NCBI GenBank assembly: GCA_041640575.1
Contig: JBEPZZ010000038.1
Coordinates: 1 to 15,817 of the forward strand
Reading direction: 5' to 3'
From: Pseudothermotoga sp.
Lineage (GTDB): Bacteria; Thermotogota; Thermotogae; Thermotogales; DSM-5069
DNA length: 15,817 nucleotides
Below the pieces are notes generated by a model. The model saw nothing but the letters and a program-made list of their open reading frames with translations, was not told where the DNA came from and made no database searches. A program made the translations under genes and the position numbers. This document shows, piece after piece, positions 1 through 9,289 of this stretch (within the stretch, counting starts at the first letter, position 1; every line of letters begins with the position of its first letter).

Positions 1-720
1 TGTACCGCCTCTGTCGCACAGATAACCATCTTGAAGAGTCCCGGTACCAATCAAAGCCATAGCAAAATCTGGTGCACCTGCAACAATCGCTGTTTCTGGT
101 GACAAACCGAGAATCTTCGCCGAAATTTTGCTTATTTTCGAAATAATCTGACCAGTTGGTACCAAGGTTGGCATGAGAAATTTTTTGTCCAAGTTGAATT
201 TTTCAAGATCCTCTCTGTACCACGGCAAATATCCTCTTTTTGGAAAAGTTGCATTTACCAACTCGCTTGTGAGTTTGAAGATAATGTAATCGCTTGGTTG
301 AAGGAGGAATACTTGTTCTTGGATCAAATCTTTGAAAAACATAAGGCGGGCTAAGCTTAGTGCCGTTTGTTCGTCGATACCTTGTGAAGTTATTTCTCTC
401 AGTTTTTCGATTCCTCTTCTGTCCAGCCAAGTTACCGCGTTAGTTACGGTATTGCCGGATTTTGAAACAAAAACCACAGTAGGACCTTGGCCAGTCACGC
501 ATATGGCACTTATTTTGGATTTGAATTGTTCATCAATTTTGTGAAAACTCTGAACAATTGTTCTCCACCATTTTTCCGGATTGATTTCGTGTATATCGTC
601 TCGAACCGATTGAACGCATCGCTGTTGATATGCGAAAACCTTCTCCCCATTTTCGTTAAAGAGAGCAAGTTTCACATTAGTTGTTCCAAGGTCTATTGCA
701 GCGAAGAGCTCAGAAGACAC
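1..720 (-). CDS. FGGY-family carbohydrate kinase (xylulokinase-like), N-terminal 240 codons; runs off the left edge
   Basis: Not in the ORF track because it is open-ended. Translated by hand from GTG at 720: MSSELFAAIDLGTTNVKLALF (phosphate-1 DxGTT motif), then ICVTGQGPTVV, VTWLDRR, QPSDYI and IVAGAPDFAMALIGTG. Start overlaps the RpiR stop, with GGAG upstream. Confidence 0.9.
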   Translation of the reverse strand, partial: MSSELFAAIDLGTTNVKLALFNENGEKVFAYQQRCVQSVRDDIHEINPEKWWRTIVQSFHKIDEQFKSKISAICVTGQGPTVVFVSKSGNTVTNAVTWLDRRGIEKLREITSQGIDEQTALSLARLMFFKDLIQEQVFLLQPSDYIIFKLTSELVNATFPKRGYLPWYREDLEKFNLDKKFLMPTLVPTGQIISKISKISAKILGLSPETAIVAGAPDFAMALIGTGTLQDGYLCDRGGT

Positions 721-1570
721 CTTTATCTCCCCTTCCCCTTCTTTTGTGAAGCAAGACTTGCTCGAACTGTTTATATTTTTGTGTCATCCTTTCTTTTTCC
801 AAGTCCATCATAGTGATAACTATTGTATCCACTATAAGAAGCTGCAGGTATTTGGTTACGACACCACCTTCAGGGAACACTTCATCTTGTAGATAACATG
901 GTATAAGAAGATCGCAGGTTTCCGCAATTTTCGAACTTGGTGGTGCTATTCCAACTATTGTTGCCTTAGCGGTTTTTGCAAATGTAATTGCGTCCAGCAT
1001 ATCGGTTGACGAGTGACTGCTCGATATCGCAATCACACAGGAGCTTGCGGGGAGATTTGAAGTGGAAATGCTTTGAAGAAAAGGATTATCAAAGAAATTT
1101 ACCTGAAATCCAAGTTGTTTGAGTTTCAAAAATAGGTCTCTTCCGGCTATTGCATCAAAACCATATGCTAGAATTTCAATAACAGAGCTTTGAAGTATTG
1201 TCCTTCCAACTTTCTCGATATCCTGTCTTTGGATTAACGAAAGCGATTGTTCAACGTTTTTGAAGATAAATGCCAGCAGATTCTTTGCAACTAAAGAGAG
1301 TTTCTCTCCATCTAGTTTCATGGTTTGAAATAGTTGTAATTCTTGTGCCAGGGCTATTTTGAGTTCTCTAAAACCAGAGAATCCCAATCTCCTTGCAAAT
1401 TCAAAAACTGTTGATGGAGAAACGCTTGTTGCCTGGGCAAGTTCAACAATACTCATTTGTAAAACCTTGTCAGGGAACTGTAAAGCAAAATCGGCTATCG
1501 TCTTTAGGTTTCCACTTAAATTCGGAAGTTGTTCACGAATGCATTGAAAAAGACTTTTGCTGATACTCAT
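710..1570 (-). CDS. MurR/RpiR-family transcriptional regulator (HTH + SIS domain)
   Basis: N-terminal HTH MSIVELAQATSVSPSTVFEFARRLGFSGFRELK; SIS-like C-terminal domain (VIAISSSHSS, CDLLIP); ATGA overlap with the upstream permease. Confidence 0.93.
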   Translation of the reverse strand: MSISKSLFQCIREQLPNLSGNLKTIADFALQFPDKVLQMSIVELAQATSVSPSTVFEFARRLGFSGFRELKIALAQELQLFQTMKLDGEKLSLVAKNLLAFIFKNVEQSLSLIQRQDIEKVGRTILQSSVIEILAYGFDAIAGRDLFLKLKQLGFQVNFFDNPFLQSISTSNLPASSCVIAISSSHSSTDMLDAITFAKTAKATIVGIAPPSSKIAETCDLLIPCYLQDEVFPEGGVVTKYLQLLIVDTIVITMMDLEKERMTQKYKQFEQVLLHKRRGRGDKGVF

Positions 1571-2436
1571 GGATTTTCTCTCCTTTTCGAAGAAATAATT
1601 AGCACAAGAAGCGTGAAAAGAAATGGAAAGGAGAGCAGAAATTCCTGGGGTAAATGCGATAAAACTTGCATAAAATTGGTCAGAGCTGAAGCAAAACCAA
1701 ACAGTATAGTTACTGCAAAAAGTTTCCAGGCGCTATCCTTTGCCATCACGACAGCTACAAGTGCGATCCACCCTCTACCACTTGTCATTCCTGTCACGAA
1801 GGCTTTTAATGGCAAGGATAAAGAAGCCCCAGCTAAGGCACCGAATAAGCCAGATATTGTGTAAACGTAAAAGAGATTTCGCTCAACATCTATTCCAAAT
1901 CTTCTCGCCAACTCAAATCCCTTTCCAACTGCTTTTATTCGATATCCAAAATTAGTCTTTCCTAGAATTATCCAGCTGAGAATCACAGATCCTATAGCCA
2001 TCAATTCCATGACATTGTATCCGTTAAAAACAGCTGTTAGAGAAGATTTGGTATTGAAAGACAGAGTTGGCAAAGATTTCAATTTCTCAAATACTATTGT
2101 ACCCTTCAAACCAAAAAGCTGATCAGGTAGAAAGACGGTTAAACCTGCTGCCATCAAATTTGTTGCTAAACCGAGTATGAAGAGATTGGCTTTCAATTTT
2201 AGATGTATGAATATCATAAGCAGCGCAAATGCTACGGACACTAAGCAACTAAGGATGGTTCCAAGAAATAGGCTAGATGTGCTTTGGGCGAAAAAGGGAG
2301 TTAAGAAGGCTGACAAAAGCATCAATCCTTCTAATCCTATATTCAGGGTATTAGTGATGTTGGTAAATAAACCAGCCAACCCCGCGAAGATTATTGGTAC
2401 AGCTGCCGAAAAGCTCATTTTGACCAGTTCGATCAC
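1567..2436 (-). CDS. ABC transporter permease (CUT2, nucleoside/BMP-associated type), second subunit
   Basis: Hydrophobic 289 aa with NIGLEGLML, TNFGYRIKAVG and GRGWIALVAV motifs. Confidence 0.92.
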   Translation of the reverse strand: MIELVKMSFSAAVPIIFAGLAGLFTNITNTLNIGLEGLMLLSAFLTPFFAQSTSSLFLGTILSCLVSVAFALLMIFIHLKLKANLFILGLATNLMAAGLTVFLPDQLFGLKGTIVFEKLKSLPTLSFNTKSSLTAVFNGYNVMELMAIGSVILSWIILGKTNFGYRIKAVGKGFELARRFGIDVERNLFYVYTISGLFGALAGASLSLPLKAFVTGMTSGRGWIALVAVVMAKDSAWKLFAVTILFGFASALTNFMQVLSHLPQEFLLSFPFLFTLLVLIISSKRRENP

Positions 2437-3440
2437 TTTAAGCCTCTCCTTTTAAAGTTTACTAGTGCTTCTGCCGTGACAAGATAAAATACACTGGCCT
2501 GAACAAGTTTAGAAACTTCTGGAGTGGTATTTGCAAAGATGGAAGCAACCTGTGCTCCCGTCTCTAAGTATGAAAAAAACAAGGCACTGAAAATAACAAA
2601 AACAGGTCTATTTCTAGCAAGTAAAGCAACAGCAATACCATTCCAACCGTATCCAAAAGAAAATCCTTTGACCATTCTTCCATGAACAGCCATTACATCA
2701 ATAATCCCGCCAAGTGCCGCTAATCCACCGCTCAAAGCAGAACCAATTAACCAAGCTTTTTCAACATTTACTCCTGCGTAACGTGCAAACGTGAAATTCT
2801 TTCCTGTTAACCTAAGCTCGTAACCAAGTGTTGTTCTTGAAAAAAGAACTTCAAGTAATACGGCAGATAATACAGCCATTAAGAAACCAATGTGCACATT
2901 GAGGAGAGGAAGTGTTGGGATGGTGAATTTCAAATACCTTGTTGCCGTCAAAGCAGCCAGCGGATCTCTCAGAAAAGCGTTTAGAAGATAATTTACCACA
3001 TGGATCAGTGCTTGACTAAGAAGGAAACTGGATATTAACTCGTTGATTTTGGCTTTAACTTTAAGCAACACTAATAGAGAAGCTACAGCAACGCCAACGA
3101 AGAAAGCAGTTACGATTGAAGGTAGAACACCGAAACGGTTGTTAAATGACAATGCGACGAAAGTTCCAACAAATGTGCCAAAGTAAAGCTGTCCTTCTAT
3201 GCCAATGTTGAAAATGGATGTGTTAAAAGCGCAGGCAGCAGACAATCCGGTGAAGATCAAAGGAACAGCACCAATCAAGATTTGTGAAAGGAAATAACTG
3301 TTTTTAAGAGGAACTAAGAAAAAAGAACGAATAGCAAGATTTGGTTCATCACTGATGAGCCATAGAATCACCGCACCAAAAGCAACAGCAAAAACCAATG
3401 TGATTATGCTGAGCCAAGGCAACTTCAAGCTCTCACCCAC
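2433..3440 (-). CDS. ABC transporter permease (CUT2, nucleoside/BMP-associated type), first subunit
   Basis: Hydrophobic 335 aa with FNIGIEGQL, TTLGYELRLTGKNFTFARYAGV and GYGWNGIAVALLARNRP motifs. Confidence 0.92.
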   Translation of the reverse strand: MGESLKLPWLSIITLVFAVAFGAVILWLISDEPNLAIRSFFLVPLKNSYFLSQILIGAVPLIFTGLSAACAFNTSIFNIGIEGQLYFGTFVGTFVALSFNNRFGVLPSIVTAFFVGVAVASLLVLLKVKAKINELISSFLLSQALIHVVNYLLNAFLRDPLAALTATRYLKFTIPTLPLLNVHIGFLMAVLSAVLLEVLFSRTTLGYELRLTGKNFTFARYAGVNVEKAWLIGSALSGGLAALGGIIDVMAVHGRMVKGFSFGYGWNGIAVALLARNRPVFVIFSALFFSYLETGAQVASIFANTTPEVSKLVQASVFYLVTAEALVNFKRRGLK

Positions 3441-4935
3441 CGGCAGAACTAGCAGCCATTAAGGTCGAGAAAATTTTTTTCTTGGTCGTTTTTTGATTCA
3501 CCATCTCCGCAACGATTTTACCTTGAACGATAAAGAGGAATCTATCACAAATTTTTATGATTTCATCATAGTCGTTTGAAGATATAATAACGGAACTACC
3601 TGCTCTTTTCATAATCTGTAGGCGTTTATAGAACTTCATGATTGACCTGACATCCAATCCAGCTGTTGGTTCGCAGGCAAGTAGAAGTTTTGGGTTTTCG
3701 TAAGTTTCCCGGGATATTATCAATTTTTGAAGATTACCTCCAGAAAGAAATCTAACTGGTTGTTTCGGTGAACTGACTTTAACATCAAAAAGACTTAGAA
3801 CGTCTTTGGTAAACTGTTCGCATTTTGCCAGTGATAACCACCCCATCTTGGAGAAATCTAGATATCTTGTAGCAACAATGTTTTCCAAAATTGAACTATC
3901 CAAAGAAATCCCTTCAGCTGTTCTATCCTCAGGAATATAGCTTATCCCAAGCTTTCTAATTTCCCTGGTTGTCAAACCATTCAGCATTTTTCCAAAGAAG
4001 AGTATTCTTCCAGCTGATATTTCTTTCAACCCCATTATTGATTGGAATAGTTCTTTTTGACCATTGTTTGTGAAGCCAATTAATCCAACTATTTCACCAG
4101 CATTTAAAGAAAAAGAGACTCCCCTGAGTTTTCCATCTTTCGTATGAAGGTTCTCTATTCTTAGGATTTCCTCACCTTTTTGCCAATCATTTTGCAGATG
4201 TAATGGTTCATATTCTCCAACCATAGCGCTGATCAACTCATCTTTGGTGGTTGACTTTGTGCTTTTTGAGAGTATTGTATTCCCGGTTCTTAAAATTGTC
4301 ACATGATCAGCAACTGCAAGGACTTCATCAATATTGTGCGTAATTAGGATTACCGTGTGGTTAGCATCTCTGAGTTTTCGGATCGTTTCTTGAAACTGTG
4401 AGAAATCTTCTTCAGAGAGGTACGAGGTAGGTTCGTCGAAGATGATTATTCTTGCACCATGAAGCAATGCTCTTAAAATTTCGACTTTTTGTTTTTCAGC
4501 AAGGCTAAGGGCTCCAATTTTTCGGTCTGGATCAATGTAAAGGCCCGATTTTTCCATCGTTTCGATCAACAATCTTTTTGCTTTTTGATAGTTCCAGAGA
4601 AACTTAGTCGGTTCTTCACCGACCATCACGTTTTCTAGGACAGTGAATTCATCGATGATGGAGAGATTTTGATGAACCATAGTTACTCCTGCTTTCAAAG
4701 CGTCTTTTGGAGATTTTGGGGAGAATGTCCTTCCAAAAACTTTTATGATTCCCCTATCTGGTTTCTCGAGACCCACGAGAATTCTCATCAGAGTAGTCTT
4801 TCCAGCGCCGTTTTCACCAAGCAACGCGTGTATGGTGCCTTCTTCAACGAAAAGGGAGGCGCCGCAAAGCGCCTTCACCCCAGAGGATTGAAAAGTTTTG
4901 TGAATATCGGTCATTTGAATGGCATATACTTTCAT
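3433..4935 (-). CDS. CUT2-family ABC transporter ATP-binding protein (two fused NBDs)
   Basis: NBD1 has Walker A GENGAGKTT and Walker B IIFDEPT. NBD2 has a degenerate Walker A (GFTNNGQKE), YIPEDR and the signature LSGGNLQK. Confidence 0.95.
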   Translation of the reverse strand: MKVYAIQMTDIHKTFQSSGVKALCGASLFVEEGTIHALLGENGAGKTTLMRILVGLEKPDRGIIKVFGRTFSPKSPKDALKAGVTMVHQNLSIIDEFTVLENVMVGEEPTKFLWNYQKAKRLLIETMEKSGLYIDPDRKIGALSLAEKQKVEILRALLHGARIIIFDEPTSYLSEEDFSQFQETIRKLRDANHTVILITHNIDEVLAVADHVTILRTGNTILSKSTKSTTKDELISAMVGEYEPLHLQNDWQKGEEILRIENLHTKDGKLRGVSFSLNAGEIVGLIGFTNNGQKELFQSIMGLKEISAGRILFFGKMLNGLTTREIRKLGISYIPEDRTAEGISLDSSILENIVATRYLDFSKMGWLSLAKCEQFTKDVLSLFDVKVSSPKQPVRFLSGGNLQKLIISRETYENPKLLLACEPTAGLDVRSIMKFYKRLQIMKRAGSSVIISSNDYDEIIKICDRFLFIVQGKIVAEMVNQKTTKKKIFSTLMAASSAGG

Positions 4936-5912
4936 TTTAAAATCTTGATCTTTCCTTCTAAGATTTCTTTGTAAAGCTGTGACATCTTGTCTCTAATATC
5001 TTGTGGAACATGTCTAATGTAATTTTCATCATCAAAGGTGAAACTTATAGCATTTTCCTTTATACCCCAAATCTCAGTTGTACCGAACGGCAATTTACCA
5101 AGATAAGCTCTTCTTAATATATCGTAAACTGCATAATCAACTTTTTTGAGAGCACACGCAAGAATTGTTCCTGGTGCGATGGATATGTAATTTGCGTCGA
5201 CGCCCACGACGTATTTATTCATTTGTTTTGCCATCTGGATTGCTCCCATCCCACTTCCTCCACAGATGAGCAGGATAACATCGACATTCTGAGAAAATTG
5301 TGCTCGTGCAAGTTCTGCACCTTTAGTTGGATCGGACCAGCTGCCAACAACGGAAAAGATCACTTCGACATTTTCATCCACCATTTTTGCGCCGACTTCG
5401 TATGCTGGTTTCATTTTATTTGTCATCGCTGGATAAATATCTCCTGCAATAAGTCCGACTTTTAGATCTGGATTTGCGCCCGGCATATTACTCTTTGTGA
5501 CAAGTGCTGCAAAATAGCCAGCAAGGAGAGTCATTTCATCGTCTCTAAAACCAAGTGAAAAGACGTTAGGCAAAATTGGTGCAATTCCATCCACTAGCAC
5601 AAATTTTTGTTTTGGATATGCTTTTGCTGCATTTTCAACACTCTTCGGCATTCCTTCGGTAAATGTTACTATTACATCGTATTGTTGCGTTGCTGCCAAA
5701 CTTATCAACGTTGGTTCCCATCTGGCCATGTTATAACCGCCCTCGACTATCTTTACTTGAAAGCCAAACTGTTCGGCAGCTTTTTTTGCCCCTTCCACAG
5801 CCAATTCATATATTGGATTACCAGCGACTTCTCCTGTGATGAGCAATGCTGCACGAAAAGCAAATACACTAAACGCAGTGATCAAAATGAATAATACAAG
5901 AAATTTTCTCAC
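4932..5912 (-). CDS. BMP/PnrA-family ABC transporter substrate-binding protein
   Basis: Signal peptide MRKFLVLFILITAFSVFA; motifs YPKQKFVLVDG, LAGYFAA, GSWSDPTKGAELA and VGVDAN; AGGAGG SD 9 nt before the GTG. Confidence 0.9.
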   Translation of the reverse strand: MRKFLVLFILITAFSVFAFRAALLITGEVAGNPIYELAVEGAKKAAEQFGFQVKIVEGGYNMARWEPTLISLAATQQYDVIVTFTEGMPKSVENAAKAYPKQKFVLVDGIAPILPNVFSLGFRDDEMTLLAGYFAALVTKSNMPGANPDLKVGLIAGDIYPAMTNKMKPAYEVGAKMVDENVEVIFSVVGSWSDPTKGAELARAQFSQNVDVILLICGGSGMGAIQMAKQMNKYVVGVDANYISIAPGTILACALKKVDYAVYDILRRAYLGKLPFGTTEIWGIKENAISFTFDDENYIRHVPQDIRDKMSQLYKEILEGKIKILK

Positions 5913-5955
5913 AAGCTAGCACCTCCTGTATAATCATAATGAAGATGGAACAGTG

Positions 5956-5990
5956 TACCGAAATTATTTCGATAATTACCGAAATTATTT
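5956..5990. promoter_or_regulatory. Putative RpiR-regulator operator: 14-bp direct repeat TACCGAAATTATTT x2
   Basis: Exact copies at 5956-5969 and 5977-5990 (21-bp period). The first copy forms the palindrome CGAAAT-T-ATTTCG (5959-5971). The repeats overlap the -10 and predicted +1 of the operon. Confidence 0.7.
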
Positions 5991-6015
5991 TATAAGACAT
6001 CCTGCTGTGATTCAA
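5987..6015 (-). promoter_or_regulatory. Sigma70-type promoter of the ABC/kinase operon
   Basis: Minus strand TTGAAT (6015-6010), 17 bp, TAAAAT (5992-5987). Confidence 0.65.
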
Positions 6016-6067
6016 TGCACAGTTTTCCAAAAAATGTGTTATCATTTTTTTACATTATGCACCATTC

Positions 6068-6096
6068 TTGTATTCATTCTTTTTTCGTGTTATTCT
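6068..6096 (+). promoter_or_regulatory. Sigma70-type promoter of the DUF1292-like gene
   Basis: TTGTAT (6068-6073), 17 bp, TATTCT (6091-6096), preceded by TGn. Confidence 0.55.
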
Positions 6097-6170
6097 ATTA
6101 GCCGTATTCATGTTTCCTAGCAATACACTGGGAAATTGTGAACGTATAAATCTGAAAGGGAGCTGATTTT

Positions 6171-6536
6171 ATGGACAAAGAGGATCTTGAAGTTTTTGTT
6201 CTAACTGATGAAAATGGTCAGGAACACCATTTTATCTTGCTAGCAGAAATCCAAGACAACAATAAGAAGTATTGGATCTGCGAAGAAATCATGGTTGATG
6301 ACGAAGGTCGAATTGAAGAATTTGGAGAAGTCTATCCTTTCCTCTTGAAAGAAGATGAAAACGGTGGTTTGTTCGTTGATTCCATAGAGTCGGAGGAAGA
6401 ATTTGAAAGAGTTTCCAAAGCGTGGAATGAGCTACTTGAGAAGGATGAAAATTTAAGAGCTATGTTCAGCCCGGATGATTATGAACACGAACATGATGAA
6501 GAACACCACCATGACCACGACCATGAGGATGAATAA
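6171..6536 (+). CDS. DUF1292-like acidic small protein with His/Asp/Glu-rich C-terminal tail
   Basis: FVLTDENGQEHHFILL ... SIESEEEFERVSKAWNELL pattern; SD AAGGGAG; tail HEHDEEHHHDHDHEDE. Confidence 0.85.
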   Translation: MDKEDLEVFVLTDENGQEHHFILLAEIQDNNKKYWICEEIMVDDEGRIEEFGEVYPFLLKEDENGGLFVDSIESEEEFERVSKAWNELLEKDENLRAMFSPDDYEHEHDEEHHHDHDHEDE

Positions 6537-6724
6537 TCAGTTTTGAAATTACTTGCTCGAGTTGGTTTTCTCGGTTTTTGGAAATTCAAAGAAGCTTGGA
6601 AAGGATATTTTAGCTCCATGAGAATTTTGTGAATATGGATCGAAAAAAGAATGAAGCATCTTTTCATTGCCAGAGTTAGGGCTTTACTATTTAAATCTAA
6701 CGAGAAAAGATCTTATAAAGCAAT

Positions 6725-6748
6725 TAAAAACGGGGCGAGTGCCCCGTT
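6725..6748 (-). terminator. Intrinsic terminator of nrdJ
   Basis: Minus strand AACGGGGC-ACTC-GCCCCGTT running into TTTTT; overlaps the nrdJ TAA stop. Confidence 0.85.
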
Positions 6749-9263
6749 AACTACATTTTGACCAACCGCAAACTTTGCATGATACGCATCCTTCTTGCTT
6801 AATGAGAGAATTCTTCGACAAACAACTTGGACAGTAAGTATTTCCATCCAAATCCACATAATAGCCTTCTCTCCATTCAAGTTTGTTTGCTAAGACGAAT
6901 TTTTCGACTTCTTCTGGTGATTTCATCGTTCCATCGATATGTATGACCTCTTGCTGAACTTGTTCTTGCCCACCCCAGAGTTCTTCGAAGTCCTCAATTG
7001 CCTTCTTGATTTCCATACCTACGTTCTTAACGTAATCACCTTTAACTTTTGCCAATTGCTCAATTATTTCGTCAACTGATACTCCAGCTCTAAGGGCAGT
7101 CGACGAGAGTCTTCCAATTGCTTCTGCCGTTTCAGTTCCATTTGACAAGAAAATTTCTATAGCTTCGCCTGAATCGTCAAACGAAACTGTTATGTATGTC
7201 GTTCCCGAAGCGCTTTTGTACTTTCGAGTTACACTTCTGAGAGTCTCTTTTCTAGGTCTTGCCCTGAGTTTTCTCTTCTCGTCCAGTATGAAGAACTGAA
7301 CTTTGGGAGCTTCCTTTGTTTTAAGCGTTTTTGTGGAAGTCAGTACCTGCGTCTGGAGTGAGCCATCTCTATAAACTGTTAGGCCGCGTATTTTGTGGCG
7401 AAGGGCTTCAACATAAATTTCTAGGACATCTTCAACAGTAGCGTTGTTTGGCATGTTTATTGTTTTTGAAATGTTGTTATCAACATAGCTTTGGAAGGCT
7501 TCTTGAATTAATAAATGATCTATAGCGCTGATATCATGAGCTACGACAAAGATTTTCTTAATTTTTTCATCCACATCTAAACTACTTAAAGATCCCTCTT
7601 CAAGGAGTTTATCCTTGATTCTTTGTAGCTCATTTTGAGGAAGTTTTTTTGCAAGAATTTCATTGATGTAAAGTAACGGTTCCCTCTCGTTTGTGCTCAA
7701 TTTGTTAACATATCTCACATATGCCAACAAAAAGTTTGGTTCCAAGCCGCTTGATGTATCTGCTATGTTTGAAATTGAACCAGTTGGAGCTATAGCAAGA
7801 ACTGCAACATTTCTCTTGTACTTCTTAGCTACAGTCTTGAAATGTTCTAAGATCTCTTCATCGTAATCACTCGTATCCATGGCGAATGGAACAAAACCAT
7901 TTGGATATCTGCTATGTTCAAAAAGTGGGAAATTGCCCTTTTCTTGACCAAGCTTTGAGGATTCCTCATGTGCGTGAAGTGACATGAAAGCCATTAGATT
8001 TCTTGCCAAATTGCGAGCTTGTTCAGAATTATACGGAATCTCCATTTTGTACAGTAAATCAGCAAAACCCATTATTCCTAGTCCCAATCTTCTGGACTCC
8101 TTAACCGCTTGTGTTATTTTGTCTATTGGAAAAACATTTACATCGATAACATTATCCAGGAATCGAACTGCAGTTCTAGTAACTTTTGCTAAAGAATCCC
8201 AGTCAAGCTTTCCTTTGTCATCACAAAGCTTTGCAAGGTCTATTGAACCCAAATTGCAAGCTTCGTAAGCACTTAAGCCGATTTCGCCACAAGGATTTGT
8301 GGAGATAATTTCCTTGTATGGGTAAAGTGCATAGTACTTATTCATTTCACCGAGGAAAACCATACCAGGATCTCCCGTTTCCCATGCATTCTGGGCCATC
8401 TTTCGGAAGATATCGCGAACTTTGATTCTGGACGTGAGGTTATACTTTGGATGTTCTAACTGTATTTCCTCATCATTTTCATATAGCTTCAAGAGTTCTT
8501 CTCTGCTCATTGGTATTCCAACGGAAATGTTGAAGAATCTTAGTACTTTTTCACCGTCATTACCCTTTTTGGCAGTTATGAAATCCATTATGTCAGGGTG
8601 ATTGATGTTCAGAATACCCATTAAGGCTCCTCGACGTCTGTAACCTTGCTCGACTACTGACACAGCGGAATTGAAAACATGCATGAAACTTACAGGACCA
8701 CTCGCTTTGCCGTGCGTTCCTGCAACAAAACTTCCGTTCGGCCGTAACGTGCTAAAGTTGCTACCGATGCCTCCGCCAGCTTTTGTGATCAATGCATATT
8801 CCTTTACAGCATTGAAAATACCTTCTATACTATCCTCCACTGGCACAACAAAACATGCTGAGAGCATGTGAAGATGATTTCTCGAATTCAAAATTTTTTC
8901 ATAATCAGCCAGAGTCATTTGTTCCAACGGTTTGTACAAAAGCTCGTAGTCTGCTCCCATGCCAGCATTGAACAGTGTTGGGCTGTTTGGGATGAAGATT
9001 CTGCTAGCCATTAAATCGAAAAAGTCATCCTCGATTTGCCGTACAAAATCAAGTTTCTCTGCAGCTGTCATTTTTTCCAACTTTAGGTTGTTGATTAGTT
9101 CTGCAGCAGCAATCACCCTTGCAACTCTCCGACAAACCTCAAACCAAGAATTTTCAACAAATTCCCCCGAAGGTTTCTTGAAGAAATAACGTTCGCGAAG
9201 AATTTTCATAGCGTTTTCTGACAACGGCTTTTGTTTGAACTTTTCTAATAACTCCCTGTACAT
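6747..9263 (-). CDS. nrdJ: Adenosylcobalamin-dependent (class II) ribonucleotide reductase with C-terminal TSCPD-like region and Cys-rich tail
   Basis: PNSPTLFNAG, SACFV, NPCGE radical-Cys loop, ACNLGS, RRLGLGIMG, IAPTGSIS, ISKTINMP and TVYRDGS (no class I YY pair); C-terminus CPSC...CVSCKVCGWSKCS; no ATP cone. Confidence 0.96.
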   Translation of the reverse strand: MYRELLEKFKQKPLSENAMKILRERYFFKKPSGEFVENSWFEVCRRVARVIAAAELINNLKLEKMTAAEKLDFVRQIEDDFFDLMASRIFIPNSPTLFNAGMGADYELLYKPLEQMTLADYEKILNSRNHLHMLSACFVVPVEDSIEGIFNAVKEYALITKAGGGIGSNFSTLRPNGSFVAGTHGKASGPVSFMHVFNSAVSVVEQGYRRRGALMGILNINHPDIMDFITAKKGNDGEKVLRFFNISVGIPMSREELLKLYENDEEIQLEHPKYNLTSRIKVRDIFRKMAQNAWETGDPGMVFLGEMNKYYALYPYKEIISTNPCGEIGLSAYEACNLGSIDLAKLCDDKGKLDWDSLAKVTRTAVRFLDNVIDVNVFPIDKITQAVKESRRLGLGIMGFADLLYKMEIPYNSEQARNLARNLMAFMSLHAHEESSKLGQEKGNFPLFEHSRYPNGFVPFAMDTSDYDEEILEHFKTVAKKYKRNVAVLAIAPTGSISNIADTSSGLEPNFLLAYVRYVNKLSTNEREPLLYINEILAKKLPQNELQRIKDKLLEEGSLSSLDVDEKIKKIFVVAHDISAIDHLLIQEAFQSYVDNNISKTINMPNNATVEDVLEIYVEALRHKIRGLTVYRDGSLQTQVLTSTKTLKTKEAPKVQFFILDEKRKLRARPRKETLRSVTRKYKSASGTTYITVSFDDSGEAIEIFLSNGTETAEAIGRLSSTALRAGVSVDEIIEQLAKVKGDYVKNVGMEIKKAIEDFEELWGGQEQVQQEVIHIDGTMKSPEEVEKFVLANKLEWREGYYVDLDGNTYCPSCLSKNSLIKQEGCVSCKVCGWSKCS

Positions 9264-9272
9264 GATAAAATG

Positions 9273-9288
9273 ACCCCCTTCCGGGGGT
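9273..9288 (-). promoter_or_regulatory. GC-rich hairpin containing the nrdJ SD; possible rex terminator or translation block
   Basis: Minus strand ACCCCC-GGAA-GGGGGT followed by CATTTTATC-ATG. Confidence 0.6.
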
Positions 9289-9289
9289 T

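Noticed and set aside
3433..4935. Degenerate Walker A and signature motifs as signs of an inactive ATPase
   Set aside because: This asymmetry is normal for CUT2 double-NBD ATPases.
203..5894. Many short ORF-track ORFs overlapping the ABC/kinase operon
   Set aside because: Antisense or off-frame shadows of well-supported genes, with no motifs.
6479..6667. 62-aa minus-strand ORF with a Ser/Trp/Cys-rich end
   Set aside because: The tail is the reverse complement of the His/Asp/Glu codons of the DUF1292-like gene.
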